In this document: positions 40,175-50,076 of the stretch, piece after piece
Position numbering within the stretch: position 1 is the first letter of the stretch
How the letters are laid out: each line of letters starts with the position of its first letter
NCBI GenBank assembly: GCA_043803815.1
Contig: JAZDJR010000018.1
Coordinates: forward strand, 67,659-131,658
DNA length: 64,000 nucleotides
From: Candidatus Micrarchaeota archaeon
Lineage (GTDB): Archaea; Iainarchaeota; Iainarchaeia; Iainarchaeales; JAGVWC01
Direction: 5' to 3'
Notes under the pieces: model-generated
The model's database searches: none
What the model was told of the DNA's origin: nothing
What the model saw: only the letters and a program-made list of their open reading frames with translations
Made by a program: the position numbers and the translations under genes

Positions 40175-41308
40175 TTATAATAATTCTACTACAAGCCGGT
40201 TTTTTTTAAAGTCAAGGCTTACGACTTTTTGAGCGCTGTTCGAACCCTGCTTAGCCGCACGGCTGAATTTTTCCATCGCGTCTTTTTCGGAAAAACCGTT
40301 TTGTTTGGCGGTTTTGGCCGCGGCCAAGATTTCTTTTACTTGCGCGTAATGCGAAAAAATCGCTTCTCCGATTTGGGTGTGTTCTGCTGCTTTTTGTTCG
40401 AGTTCACTTCTCGTTTTTTGCTGTTCAATCAGCGATTTTTCCAGCTGCAGGACGCGCTTGGAAACGGGTTTTGTTTCCGCTGGTTTTTCAAAGCGGCTGC
40501 AATAGTCGTCGTCAAGTGCCTTGGAAAACGACTCGACGGATTCAAATTCCGCTTTTTTTTCCGCGGCAATCAAAGGCAGTTCGAAGGGGAGCAGTACGTT
40601 GGGTTCGGTTTTGAGCAGTACGGGTTCGGCTTTCATTTTTTCCGAGAAAAAATTTTTTAGATTTTCCAATACACTTTTTATTTCGACTTGGCCAAGTTCT
40701 TTGGCGTTTTTTTCCTTGGGGACTTTGGATTGCAACACTGCTTCTTCGGCAAGCAGGGCATACACATTTAGTTTTTCAACTAATGCGGGAACGATTTTTT
40801 TTTCGGATTCGGAAAACAGTTTTTCCAGTTTTATTGCGGTTATTTCCTGCAAAACGCTTTGCGAGGAAGGCGGCTTGTAGGTTTCGCCTTTGGAAATTTT
40901 GCGGTCTTTCCATTCTTCCTTGGCAAGCGAGGTTTCGATTATGCCATCAGAGTTTACCAGAATAATATTTCCTTTGGCGAACATTTCGCAGACCACGGAA
41001 AAATGTTCGAATTGGATTTGCAATATGCGGTCAGAGTTGACCTGCTTTATGGTTGCTATTTTTTTTCCTTCGAGATGTTTTTTCAAAAACTCGACTAAAA
41101 ACTGGATGTCTTCGGTTGAGGGATAGCGATGGTTTGTGATAAAAACCGCAGCCGTAGAAACGACGAGTTCAGCAGAGCCGGAGTTGGTGAGCAGCTTGAA
41201 CTTGAGTTCCTGCGGACCGATGGCCTGTATTTTGGTTACTCTGGCACCTGCAATCGAGGCGTTGAGTTCGTCAACTAAAAACTTAAGGGTTACGTTGGGA
41301 ACTTGCAT
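40175..41308 (-). CDS. NFACT-N / Rqc2-FbpA N-terminal domain protein
   Basis: LKKHLEG, QVNSDRIL, EMFAKGNIIL, RKISKGETYKPP, coiled coil; no NFACT-R region. Confidence 0.8.
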   Translation of the reverse strand: MQVPNVTLKFLVDELNASIAGARVTKIQAIGPQELKFKLLTNSGSAELVVSTAAVFITNHRYPSTEDIQFLVEFLKKHLEGKKIATIKQVNSDRILQIQFEHFSVVCEMFAKGNIILVNSDGIIETSLAKEEWKDRKISKGETYKPPSSQSVLQEITAIKLEKLFSESEKKIVPALVEKLNVYALLAEEAVLQSKVPKEKNAKELGQVEIKSVLENLKNFFSEKMKAEPVLLKTEPNVLLPFELPLIAAEKKAEFESVESFSKALDDDYCSRFEKPAETKPVSKRVLQLEKSLIEQQKTRSELEQKAAEHTQIGEAIFSHYAQVKEILAAAKTAKQNGFSEKDAMEKFSRAAKQGSNSAQKVVSLDFKKNRLVVELL

Positions 41309-41359
41309 GCTAAAATAAGCGAATGAGCCCAATTAAATCCGACCCAACTGCTACATAAT

Positions 41360-41980
41360 TTAATCTTGGCTTTTGGGTTTATCCAAAAGCGCCTGAAAAA
41401 TTGTCAGAACCTGTTTTTTGGTTTGGCCGATGTCGCTGTCATTGTCCACTAAAAAATCCGCTTTTTCTTTTTTAAAACTCAGGGGCAGCTGGTTTTGGAT
41501 GCGCTGGTTGATTTCAATAGCGGATAAGTGGCGGTTTTTCCCGATTCGATTGAGCACGTTTTTTTCGGAAGCGGTCACCACGACGATTTTGTCAAAGTAT
41601 TTTTGCCAGTTTACTTCAAACAAAAGCGGAATATCCACCACGACTAAACCGTCAAAGTTTCTTTTGGCGGACTGAATTCTTTTTTGGGTTTCAACCAATA
41701 CTTCGGGGTGAACGCATTCGTTGAGTTTGTACAGGGCTGCTTTGTCCTTGAACACGAGCGCGGCAAGCTTTGAGCGGTTTAAGGAGCGGTCCGCGTTTAA
41801 GACGGTTTTTCCGAATTCCGCGACGATTTTTTGCCACGCCGGCTGGCCTGGCTCTTCCAGTTCGTAAACGATTTCGTCAACGTCGATTACTTTGACCCCG
41901 CAATCGGCCAATAAGTGGGACACCGTTGTTTTGCCGGTTCCGAATCCGCCGGTTACTGCAATCACAGGCATAGCAATCAT
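41360..41980 (-). CDS. coaE: Dephospho-CoA kinase, bacterial CoaE type
   Basis: IAVTGGFGTGKTT, LNRSKLAALVF, LNECVHP, DIPLLFE, RIQNQL. Confidence 0.9.
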   Translation of the reverse strand: MIAMPVIAVTGGFGTGKTTVSHLLADCGVKVIDVDEIVYELEEPGQPAWQKIVAEFGKTVLNADRSLNRSKLAALVFKDKAALYKLNECVHPEVLVETQKRIQSAKRNFDGLVVVDIPLLFEVNWQKYFDKIVVVTASEKNVLNRIGKNRHLSAIEINQRIQNQLPLSFKKEKADFLVDNDSDIGQTKKQVLTIFQALLDKPKSQD

Positions 41981-42024
41981 TTACCAAAAAAACCCCATAT
42001 TAATCTTTGGTCTTCAAAAAAGGG

Positions 42025-42274
42025 TTATTTTCGAATCGGTTCCAAAACCCCGGGTTTTTTTTTCGCCCGGTTCTTTGGAATCGGCTTTTAGATTCAACCG
42101 AAGCGGAGTTCGGTGTTGGAGAGGCCACGTTAAACCGCCAGTCCGCAAATTCAAGGAGATGTCGTCGGTCCAGTCCTTTTGCTTGGCGGTTTTTTTGCAG
42201 TATTATTCGAGTTGTTTTGGGTATATTCCGCGAATGCCATGGGCTTTGAGAATGGAGGAATCGATTTTGAGCAT
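42025..42274 (-). pseudogene. Phosphomannomutase/phosphoglucomutase relic with large internal deletion
   Basis: N-terminus SSILKAHGIRGIYPKQL (cf. FKAYDIRG) joined to frameshifted C-terminus DDIS-EFADWRFNV-SNTE-LRLNLKADS. Confidence 0.75.
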
Positions 42275-42394
42275 TAAAATAACGCTTTTTTTGGGGAAGT
42301 AAAGAATTGCGGTGGAATGCCGTTATTTTTTTCGGGAAAAAGCCAAAACAAACCTTTAAAATACTAAATTTCGATTTAATAAGGGTGAATCAGT

Positions 42395-42814
42395 TTGGTG
42401 GAAGATAAAATTCAGGTTCAGGAACCAATCGACGATGTTTCGTCGATGTGGACAAAAATGGTTGCTTTTTTCAGGGATTTATTCAAGGACCGCAGCCACC
42501 GCGATTTGAAGCGGACATACGGCTCGGAGTGCGCGCGCGTAATGCTTCGCGAAGTGAATCATCCCGATTTGTATTTTCAGCTCAAAAACGGCGTGGTGCT
42601 GAAAAGCCTGTGCGATTTAAGCGATACCCTGCCTCACGTGGACAATGAAACGTTTTTGTATCACATGCGCGAAAAGCAAAACGATTTTTCGGTCTGGGTG
42701 CGCGATGTAATCGGCGACGCGACTCTGGCCAACAAGCTGGAATTGCTGGACGACAGGGAAGACATGGGCCGCGCTGTCGGTGTCCGCGTGGACTGGTTTA
42801 AGCGGCGCTTGTAA
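42395..42814 (+). CDS. DUF5752-like protein
   Basis: FQLKNG..LKSL..L..TFLYH..NDFSVWVRDVIGDATLA. Confidence 0.65.
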   Translation: MVEDKIQVQEPIDDVSSMWTKMVAFFRDLFKDRSHRDLKRTYGSECARVMLREVNHPDLYFQLKNGVVLKSLCDLSDTLPHVDNETFLYHMREKQNDFSVWVRDVIGDATLANKLELLDDREDMGRAVGVRVDWFKRRL

Positions 42815-42840
42815 AAAAAGAATTTTTTTTGGTTTAACCT

Positions 42841-43167
42841 ATGTCGCAAAAACTTACGGCTCTTCAGGAAATGGTGCTCGTTCATCTTGTGGGCGGCGCC
42901 AAGACCATCGAAGAGTTGCGCGGGGTAACCAACGCGAATTATGCGGACCTGGTTTCGTGCATGCGTTCCTTGGTGATTGAAAAAGTTTTGGACAAAAAAA
43001 AAGGGTTTCCGACCAAATACCGCATCGCTGAAGATTCCCTGTTTTTGGCCAAAAAACTGCGCGCAAAACTGGACATGAGCGATTTATTGACCGACCCGTG
43101 TTCGGTTCAGGGAGCGCCTTTGGTGATGACCAAAACCGCGGCGAATTCCAGGGCATATTCGAAATAA
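42841..43167 (+). CDS. Small wHTH protein (TrmB-like)
   Basis: KTIEELRGVT..LVSCMRSLV..KKGFPTKY. Confidence 0.55.
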   Translation: MSQKLTALQEMVLVHLVGGAKTIEELRGVTNANYADLVSCMRSLVIEKVLDKKKGFPTKYRIAEDSLFLAKKLRAKLDMSDLLTDPCSVQGAPLVMTKTAANSRAYSK

Positions 43168-43303
43168 AAACCAAAATTTGCACCCTGTTTTAGTTTTCAA
43201 TTTTTTGAATTCAAATTTTGCCTTTTTGATTCGATTAAGACTGTTTTTACCCGCTTTTGGCAATGCCAAAAGTTAATAAAAAAGACTTTTCTTATTCTTG
43301 TGG

Positions 43304-46300
43304 ATGAATTCAAACCGCGGCTTTGCCATTGCGCTCGACGCGCTCATGGCCATCATTTTAGTCACAACCATTATCGTTTTTTTAAGCAGCCAGCCATTGA
43401 CGGTTTTTCCAACCATTGACAACAGCCAGCGGTTAAGCCAGACGCTTTCCTCTACTTTTACCGCCTTGGACAATGCGGGCGTTTTAAACGAAACGCTGAT
43501 TGACCAAACTTTTAACCAGGATTCCGTTGACTCGCTGTATTTGCAAGCCAAAAAACTGCTTCCCTCCAACACCGGCCTGGCAATATCCGTCACAGCTTTT
43601 GACACCGCGGAAGACTACCAAAATTGCCGGCAAAACCCGTCCTTTTCAAATTGCTTTCCAACCAACGGAAACTGGTTTGTATCCTCCGACCAGGACACGC
43701 AAAACTGCACAGACACCTTGGACGAATGCATCACACAACACGCAGTCCGAAACGACCGGGACGTCATTTACGGAAAAAAAATAATTGTTAACCGCCAAGC
43801 CACCGGCGAAACAACCGGCGGAGAAACAACCTGCGAAGTCGCCGGCATTGAACTAAAAAACAAACCCAAACCACGCCCAACAATCGCCATGCTGGACGAA
43901 AACGGCCCCCCAATACTTGAATTTGAAACCCTGGCCGAAGGAACCAATCCAGCCAACACCATGATTTGCACGGACGACGAAAACACAGACCCGCCCCCAG
44001 AAAACACAGTTTCAACCATTACATTGCACACGCGCAATCGGACACGCTCACCAATCGACGTCGTACTAGTCCTTGACAAAAGCGGAAGCATGAGCAAATT
44101 GGACATGAACCTTCAAAATCCGAACAGCGGACAATTCAACGAAGGAAAATGCTTGGATAATGCATATGCCTCTGCAGACTGCAATGCCGACACAACGATT
44201 CCAAGCAATTGCGGAAATTATTCCATTCCCGGCATTGAAACTTGGATTCCAGTGGGAAGCTTTGATTTGAATCAGGATACCTACGGCCGATTAATAGCAG
44301 GCGGCCCCTATGCAAACAACATTGCTTTTTGGAACCAGTATACTTCAATTCAACCAGGTTCCACGTACCAGTGCTCAAACGCCAAAATACGGATAAAACA
44401 GCCCGGAACCGGAACCTATTTGTATTCACAGGGAAATCCAAGCATGGATTTTGCTTACATTGCCGCTTGGGTGAACCCATACCCTGCAATGATTGGTTTC
44501 TGGGACGTGGAACTATGGGCTGACCAGCCAACCCAAATTACAAGGCCGCTTTCGGTTTCCATGTGGAAAGGCTCTCGGCCCGCAGACATAATTAATGATG
44601 GGGCTGTACCGGGAGTTCCAAAAGACTCCAGCTGCACACCCAATGAATCGGACTGGCATCCAGTAGGAACCATTTCAATAACCGATTCGGGTTTTCATAC
44701 CTTAAGCGCAGCCGTGATTCATAATTATAATTATCCGGAAGGAATTTGCGGAGTGGGAGTGCGATTAAGAGACCCAAATGGCGCAATTGTCGGAACATAC
44801 GGCCCAAGCAAAGGCTCCCCAGTAACCACTACCTGTGGCACCAATTGGGATGACCCATTAAGTAGCACAAGCCCCTACGACCCCATTGTATCTCCCACGG
44901 GAAACTATACCGTTGAAGCTTGGGCGGACAGAGACGTAACCGTAAGCAGCATTATATACCAGCACAAAGTGTTTGTTTCCAAAATAGAGCCCATTACACT
45001 AATAGGGCCCACTGGAATGGGGAAAACGTATCCGCCGGAACGTTACCCCACAGTTCCGTATAATGCTGGGCTGTGTTCAAGCCCGCCTGCAACCTGCTAT
45101 GCCAGCAGTGTCACTCAGGGAACCTGCACCTGGCGCGGACCGGATTATACTGCCACTATGAAGGATTTGAGTTCGCACCCGATTTCGGCATCGCCGCGCG
45201 GAATGCGCGCAGACATAACCAATTATAATTATTCAGGGGTTTGTGCAAACCAGGTTTTTAGAATTATCAATCCATCCGACGCCGTAGTCAATAGCGTAGC
45301 AGGAGCCAAGCCAACCGGCAACACCTGCATGACCATTAATCGGAACAGTGTGTATGACAACGGCGTTACTTGGCCTGGCTCGGGCGCCTGCACCGATGCA
45401 ACAGGCGCGCTTAGTCTGGGCACCTGGAAAGTCCAGGGCTGGAGCGATGTTCAAAGCCATTTTACCGTGACTTGGAAACAGGAACGTATTGACGCCGCAC
45501 AGCAGGCTGCCGGCAATTTTATCGACAATTCGCATTGGAGCGAACTTGACAACATCGGAATCGTCTCCTACTCGACAACAGCCTCATCCGACACGGGCTT
45601 ATTGGAAGCCAGCCCAGCCAATAAAGCGATATTAAAATCCTCAATGAACAACCTGACTCCCAACGGCGAAACATGGACCGAAGGCGGAATACTGGCAGCC
45701 ACAGAATTACTGACCGCTACTTCCGAAAACAACAAATACATTATTCTGCTAAGCGACGGACTATCCAACCTTCCGGCAGGAACCGGACCAGAAGCTGCAC
45801 GAGTTGCGGCGCAAAGTGCTCACGAACACGCGGGAATAACCGTGTTTACCATCGCATTCGGAAACGACGCATTACAACCCGACGGCTCCTGCAGCATCGA
45901 CTTGCAAAACATCGCCCTCGCAGGCAACGGACAATGCTACCCCGCATCCGACCCAAACCAACTAAGACAAATCTACGAACTAATCGCAGCCCAAATCCAA
46001 CAAAGCCTCGGAAACACCAACCTCATCATGCCACTACCCGCAGGAACCTCGATTAAAAACCCGCAATGCATGGATACCGACGGAAATCAGTCAGCCGCAG
46101 AATGCCTGAACGGAATCTTTTTACGAACCGACAATAACAGTTCAAGTTACACCGAAACCGAATGGCCAACCGGCTGGCACCGCATAAACTCCACCAACGA
46201 ATCAATAGTATTCAAAGGAATCGCCATCAACAAAAACCTTTTAGACGAATGGTGGACCGCAACATTCAAACTCGCCGTGCCCTGCAACTCCTCCTTCTGC

Positions 46301-46873
46301 ATCGAAAACCTCACCCTGCCACCCACATCCACCTACATAGAAGAAACCCGCTGGAGAATCCCATGGCCACCCGACGACGACAACGGCACCAAAGAACAAC
46401 AAACAATCACAATTCAAAAAAAAGACCTCCGATTCAAATTCCTAAACGGAACCATCACCGACAACAACGTTGACTTGACAATGGAAATCAAAAACACGGG
46501 AAACTACCCAATCGACTTTACCGGTATTTCCCAAGAAGACGGACAAACAGACCCTAATCCCTGCGACCAAGGAACCATTGTTCAGATTTACCGAAACATC
46601 TCTGAACCACCCGTGTTCAACACAACCACTACTCCGACCGCCAACTGGATTAAAAGCGCCTGCATCCAACCCGACAGCCCGATGGATATCAACGCCAGCA
46701 CCACCCAAATCATCAGCATCCCAAACGAAGCAGAAGCCAGCGAAGGATACCTATACGGAATCATCCAACCCAACTTTCCCGAATGCCGACAAAACAACTG
46801 GGACAAAATCCTATGCTTCTCCAACCCAAAAACAAGATTTTTTTTGGTAGAATACTGGGGATGGATAAAATAA
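43304..46873 (+). CDS. Pilin-like vWA-domain adhesin (class III-like signal peptide)
   Basis: MNSNRG/FAIALDALMAIIL; MIDAS DVVLVLDKSGSM; vWA resumes at RIDAAQQA..GIVSYS..GETWT..ILLSDG..VFTIAFG; C-terminal CARDB-like EIKNTG. Confidence 0.8.
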   Translation: MNSNRGFAIALDALMAIILVTTIIVFLSSQPLTVFPTIDNSQRLSQTLSSTFTALDNAGVLNETLIDQTFNQDSVDSLYLQAKKLLPSNTGLAISVTAFDTAEDYQNCRQNPSFSNCFPTNGNWFVSSDQDTQNCTDTLDECITQHAVRNDRDVIYGKKIIVNRQATGETTGGETTCEVAGIELKNKPKPRPTIAMLDENGPPILEFETLAEGTNPANTMICTDDENTDPPPENTVSTITLHTRNRTRSPIDVVLVLDKSGSMSKLDMNLQNPNSGQFNEGKCLDNAYASADCNADTTIPSNCGNYSIPGIETWIPVGSFDLNQDTYGRLIAGGPYANNIAFWNQYTSIQPGSTYQCSNAKIRIKQPGTGTYLYSQGNPSMDFAYIAAWVNPYPAMIGFWDVELWADQPTQITRPLSVSMWKGSRPADIINDGAVPGVPKDSSCTPNESDWHPVGTISITDSGFHTLSAAVIHNYNYPEGICGVGVRLRDPNGAIVGTYGPSKGSPVTTTCGTNWDDPLSSTSPYDPIVSPTGNYTVEAWADRDVTVSSIIYQHKVFVSKIEPITLIGPTGMGKTYPPERYPTVPYNAGLCSSPPATCYASSVTQGTCTWRGPDYTATMKDLSSHPISASPRGMRADITNYNYSGVCANQVFRIINPSDAVVNSVAGAKPTGNTCMTINRNSVYDNGVTWPGSGACTDATGALSLGTWKVQGWSDVQSHFTVTWKQERIDAAQQAAGNFIDNSHWSELDNIGIVSYSTTASSDTGLLEASPANKAILKSSMNNLTPNGETWTEGGILAATELLTATSENNKYIILLSDGLSNLPAGTGPEAARVAAQSAHEHAGITVFTIAFGNDALQPDGSCSIDLQNIALAGNGQCYPASDPNQLRQIYELIAAQIQQSLGNTNLIMPLPAGTSIKNPQCMDTDGNQSAAECLNGIFLRTDNNSSSYTETEWPTGWHRINSTNESIVFKGIAINKNLLDEWWTATFKLAVPCNSSFCIENLTLPPTSTYIEETRWRIPWPPDDDNGTKEQQTITIQKKDLRFKFLNGTITDNNVDLTMEIKNTGNYPIDFTGISQEDGQTDPNPCDQGTIVQIYRNISEPPVFNTTTTPTANWIKSACIQPDSPMDINASTTQIISIPNEAEASEGYLYGIIQPNFPECRQNNWDKILCFSNPKTRFFLVEYWGWIK

Positions 46874-46906
46874 ACCGAAAAAAAAGCAGGCGATTTTTGA
46901 TTTGGT

Positions 46907-47512
46907 TTACAGGAATTGTTCGTATTCGGAACGGTTGAATTTGTACAAAAACCGCTTGAGGCGGGCGCCGTTGTAATCGTATTTGGCCAAGGCGTCGGAC
47001 CGGTTTCCTGAAAAATCAAAAAAATCGTGGCGTCGTGAAGGGTCGAGCAAAAAAAACAGGTTTTGAAACTCGGTAATGACAAACGCGTGGGTGTTTAAGT
47101 CGTCCATTTCCGCGATAACGACCTGGGCGTTGGAATCCCCAAAAGCGGCCATTAGCGAGCACAAAAAAACAGCCTGATCTTCGTCGTCCGCGACTTTGTT
47201 TTCCAGAATTTCTTTTGGAGCAAGCCAGTAGCTTAAGCGAATGTCGCTTTTGGCAAACAGGATTTCGTCCTTGACAAAGCCGAACGCTTTTTGGCAGGCC
47301 TGCAGATAATCGGCTTCAAAAACAAACCCCTCTTTTTTAAAACCGGCAACCAGGGACTGAATAGTCAAATCGCCGGGATTAATCAGCGCTTTTACTTCGC
47401 CAATCGTGCGTTTTTCCTTTTCGTTGATGACATCGGCATATTTCAAAAGCAGCAAGCGATACAGCCGGTACAGTACTTCGTGCGAATCGGGTTTTGGTTC
47501 GGATTCCGCCAT
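46907..47512 (-). CDS. Transglutaminase-like fold protein, catalytic Cys absent
   Basis: YWLAPKEIL..ADDEDQAVFLCSL, THAFV, LLDP; start ATG 47512. Confidence 0.7.
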   Translation of the reverse strand: MAESEPKPDSHEVLYRLYRLLLLKYADVINEKEKRTIGEVKALINPGDLTIQSLVAGFKKEGFVFEADYLQACQKAFGFVKDEILFAKSDIRLSYWLAPKEILENKVADDEDQAVFLCSLMAAFGDSNAQVVIAEMDDLNTHAFVITEFQNLFFLLDPSRRHDFFDFSGNRSDALAKYDYNGARLKRFLYKFNRSEYEQFL

Positions 47513-47707
47513 AATTGGTATATCTATAATCAAGGGCAAAAAACTTAAAATCACCGAAAACCCGCCAAAGGGCTCCAAATCGAAAAAAATCGATAAATTC
47601 ACGAAAAACCAGGATTTTTCGGTTTTAAACCGGTTTTATCCGCCGCTTTAAATTGTCCGCGACTGGAACAAAAAAGCTTTATTAAAACCAATTTCCTTTT
47701 TATAGCA

Positions 47708-48259
47708 ATGAATTCCAAAGGCCAGTCCGCAGTCGAGTACCTGATTATCACGAGTTTTTTGCTGGTGATTACGGGAATTATTTTCGCGTATTCCCTGTTT
47801 ATCTACACGGACAGCGTTTCTTCAAGCACAGCCAATAACGCGGTCAACAGCATTGTCAACACCGTCGACCAGGTGTATGCGTTGGGCCCGGGTTCCAGCC
47901 TGTTTGTAAACGTGGATATTCCGCAGAACATTTCCGACTTGCAGCTTCTGCAATTGCCCGAAGGCGGAGCAGGCTGTTATACGCCACCCGACACTCCGCA
48001 GGAAAATCAGGTGCTCTGCCAAAAAACCGCGCTTGTATTCAAGCTTTCGACCAGCGCCGGAATTTCGGATGTCGCCAAAAGCGCCAAAGGATTATTCGAA
48101 TTTTTCAGGGATACGCCGGGAAATCCGGGAAAAACTTCCCTTGCGTTGAAAAGGCAGGGGCGTTATTCGCTTAAAGTTTCGTGGGAATCGTTTGGCGGAA
48201 CCCAGCAGACCGTGATTAATGTGTGCCTGTACAACGAAGATGGAACATGCCAGTCGTGA
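47708..48259 (+). CDS. Type IV pilin-like protein (class III signal peptide)
   Basis: MNSKG/QSAVEYLII; VYALGPGS..VDIP. Confidence 0.88.
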   Translation: MNSKGQSAVEYLIITSFLLVITGIIFAYSLFIYTDSVSSSTANNAVNSIVNTVDQVYALGPGSSLFVNVDIPQNISDLQLLQLPEGGAGCYTPPDTPQENQVLCQKTALVFKLSTSAGISDVAKSAKGLFEFFRDTPGNPGKTSLALKRQGRYSLKVSWESFGGTQQTVINVCLYNEDGTCQS

Positions 48260-48286
48260 TTCATGCAACCGCCAACGAGGATAACC

Positions 48287-49375
48287 ATGCCGATAAAAAA
48301 AAATAAATGGCGGGGACAAACTGGGGTGGAAACCCTGATGGCGGTCATATTGATTACGGGTTTATTGCTGGTTGTTTCGGTTGTCAGCCTTCAGCAAAAT
48401 CTCGAATCCAATCGGGTTACCGAACTCAAGGAAAATTCCGCGATTTGCGACCATGTAACGACTTTAATCGATTCCATCGGCCGTTTTTCCGGACAATCCG
48501 AAGTGCTGATAGTACTGCCCAAGCCGATTTGGATTCAAAAAGGGCCCGAAAACGCCAATGATTTTATTTTATTTAATGCGGAGTTAACGGGTTATTTTTG
48601 CCGACTGCAAACCCGCTTGTCGTTTGGGGAACAAGAAACGCTCTCCATCAACGCGGGAGTGGTTTACATTTACAAAAATGCGGACAACGAAGTTGTCATC
48701 AGCAATTCCCCGCCGCTAAACAGCTCTTTGTATCACGGCCCGGGAGACCCGACTTGCGTTCCTAATACCTGTACAGGACTCGGGGCCAATTGCGGAACGC
48801 CGTCCAACGGCTGCGGCGGTTTTCTTTCATGCGGAAGCTGCGGCGCTCAAATTTGCAATTCCGTTTTTCAATGCGAAGAATGTACTTCGCAAACCTGCCC
48901 AGGACTGGGTTTCCAATGCGGAACGGCGGACAACGGCTGCGGAGTGCCGTTGAATTGCGGAGATTGCGCAAGCCAAGGAACGCTTGCCGAGTGCATAAAC
49001 CATTCCTGCGTGTGCACCCCAAACACTTGTTCGGATATTAACGGCGGAATAATCGGAACAGGAGAACCTTGCACGAATCTGGATAACGGATGCGCCGGCC
49101 AGATTTCGTGCCGGGATAATTGTTATCATCCAGCCAACAGAGTCGGCATTTGCAACATCAACGGCCTTTGCGAGGTTTCAACCTGCACCAATGATTGTCC
49201 TTCTATAGGATATCAGGAATGCGTTTCTTCAACAACCTATCGCACCTGCGGAAATTACGACACAGACCCGTGTTATGAATGGGGAACACTATTGTCTCGC
49301 TGTCTAAATGGCCAGACCTGCAGTAATGGCTACTGCCTCGGAGTCATTATCAAAGACGGGGGAACCACCGGATAG
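48287..49375 (+). CDS. Minor pilin-like protein with Cys-rich C-terminal repeats
   Basis: WRG/QTGVETLMAVIL; repeated CxxxTC..CG..NGCG..L.CG.C units. Confidence 0.8.
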   Translation: MPIKKNKWRGQTGVETLMAVILITGLLLVVSVVSLQQNLESNRVTELKENSAICDHVTTLIDSIGRFSGQSEVLIVLPKPIWIQKGPENANDFILFNAELTGYFCRLQTRLSFGEQETLSINAGVVYIYKNADNEVVISNSPPLNSSLYHGPGDPTCVPNTCTGLGANCGTPSNGCGGFLSCGSCGAQICNSVFQCEECTSQTCPGLGFQCGTADNGCGVPLNCGDCASQGTLAECINHSCVCTPNTCSDINGGIIGTGEPCTNLDNGCAGQISCRDNCYHPANRVGICNINGLCEVSTCTNDCPSIGYQECVSSTTYRTCGNYDTDPCYEWGTLLSRCLNGQTCSNGYCLGVIIKDGGTTG

Positions 49376-49386
49376 GTGAATGGACC

Positions 49387-50076
49387 ATGTCGAATCTTCG
49401 CGGCCAGACCGCCATGCTGGAATTGATGATTGGCACGGTCTTGGTGCTGATTTTACTGGTAGCCATTACGTCTTCTTTTGCGGCTACGTACACCAGCGGT
49501 GAAACCGGACGACAGGTTTCCGCGCTTTCACAGGCCGCGAACCTTGCTTTGGACGGATTAATGAGAAATCCGGGTTCTTTGGGCTGGGAAAACCAAACCG
49601 ATTTAACCGGGATTTCTTCCATCGGCATTGCCAAACAGCCGTTTGTTTTAAGCGAAAGCAAAATAAAAAAATTAAAGGAATTTTCCTGTTTTTATGACGG
49701 AACGCACCGGCCCGACGGCTGTCCGGACGGCGGTTCAAACGACAATTATTATCGCGTCAAGCAGCTGACGGGCCTGGACCTGTATGATTTTTTTTTGAGG
49801 ATTACGATTCGCGATCCCTGCGCCGAAACTGTTCCGCCACAGTTCACCGATTTTTCGGTTAAATCGACCGACGGCAGCGTAGTGTTTGACAACATCGGAA
49901 GAGACCCGAGCACTGATGCGGTCAAAGATTCAAGCATTGTGGTTATTTCGCGTGCCGCGATTTTGGATTCCGGAACAGCCGACACGGCACCGACCTGCCC
50001 GAATCATCCGACCGGCAAATTGGTGAACGCGCCGGTGGTTGTCGAACTAAGGGTGTTTGCCAAAAAAGGTGTCTGA
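49387..50076 (+). CDS. Minor pilin-like protein
   Basis: LRG/QTAMLELMI; L.RNPG..W; Y..K..GL..YDF. Confidence 0.78.
   Translation: MSNLRGQTAMLELMIGTVLVLILLVAITSSFAATYTSGETGRQVSALSQAANLALDGLMRNPGSLGWENQTDLTGISSIGIAKQPFVLSESKIKKLKEFSCFYDGTHRPDGCPDGGSNDNYYRVKQLTGLDLYDFFLRITIRDPCAETVPPQFTDFSVKSTDGSVVFDNIGRDPSTDAVKDSSIVVISRAAILDSGTADTAPTCPNHPTGKLVNAPVVVELRVFAKKGV

Noticed and set aside
43304-49375. Diversity-generating retroelement acting on the adhesins
   Set aside because: No reverse transcriptase and no TR/VR pair differing at adenines was seen
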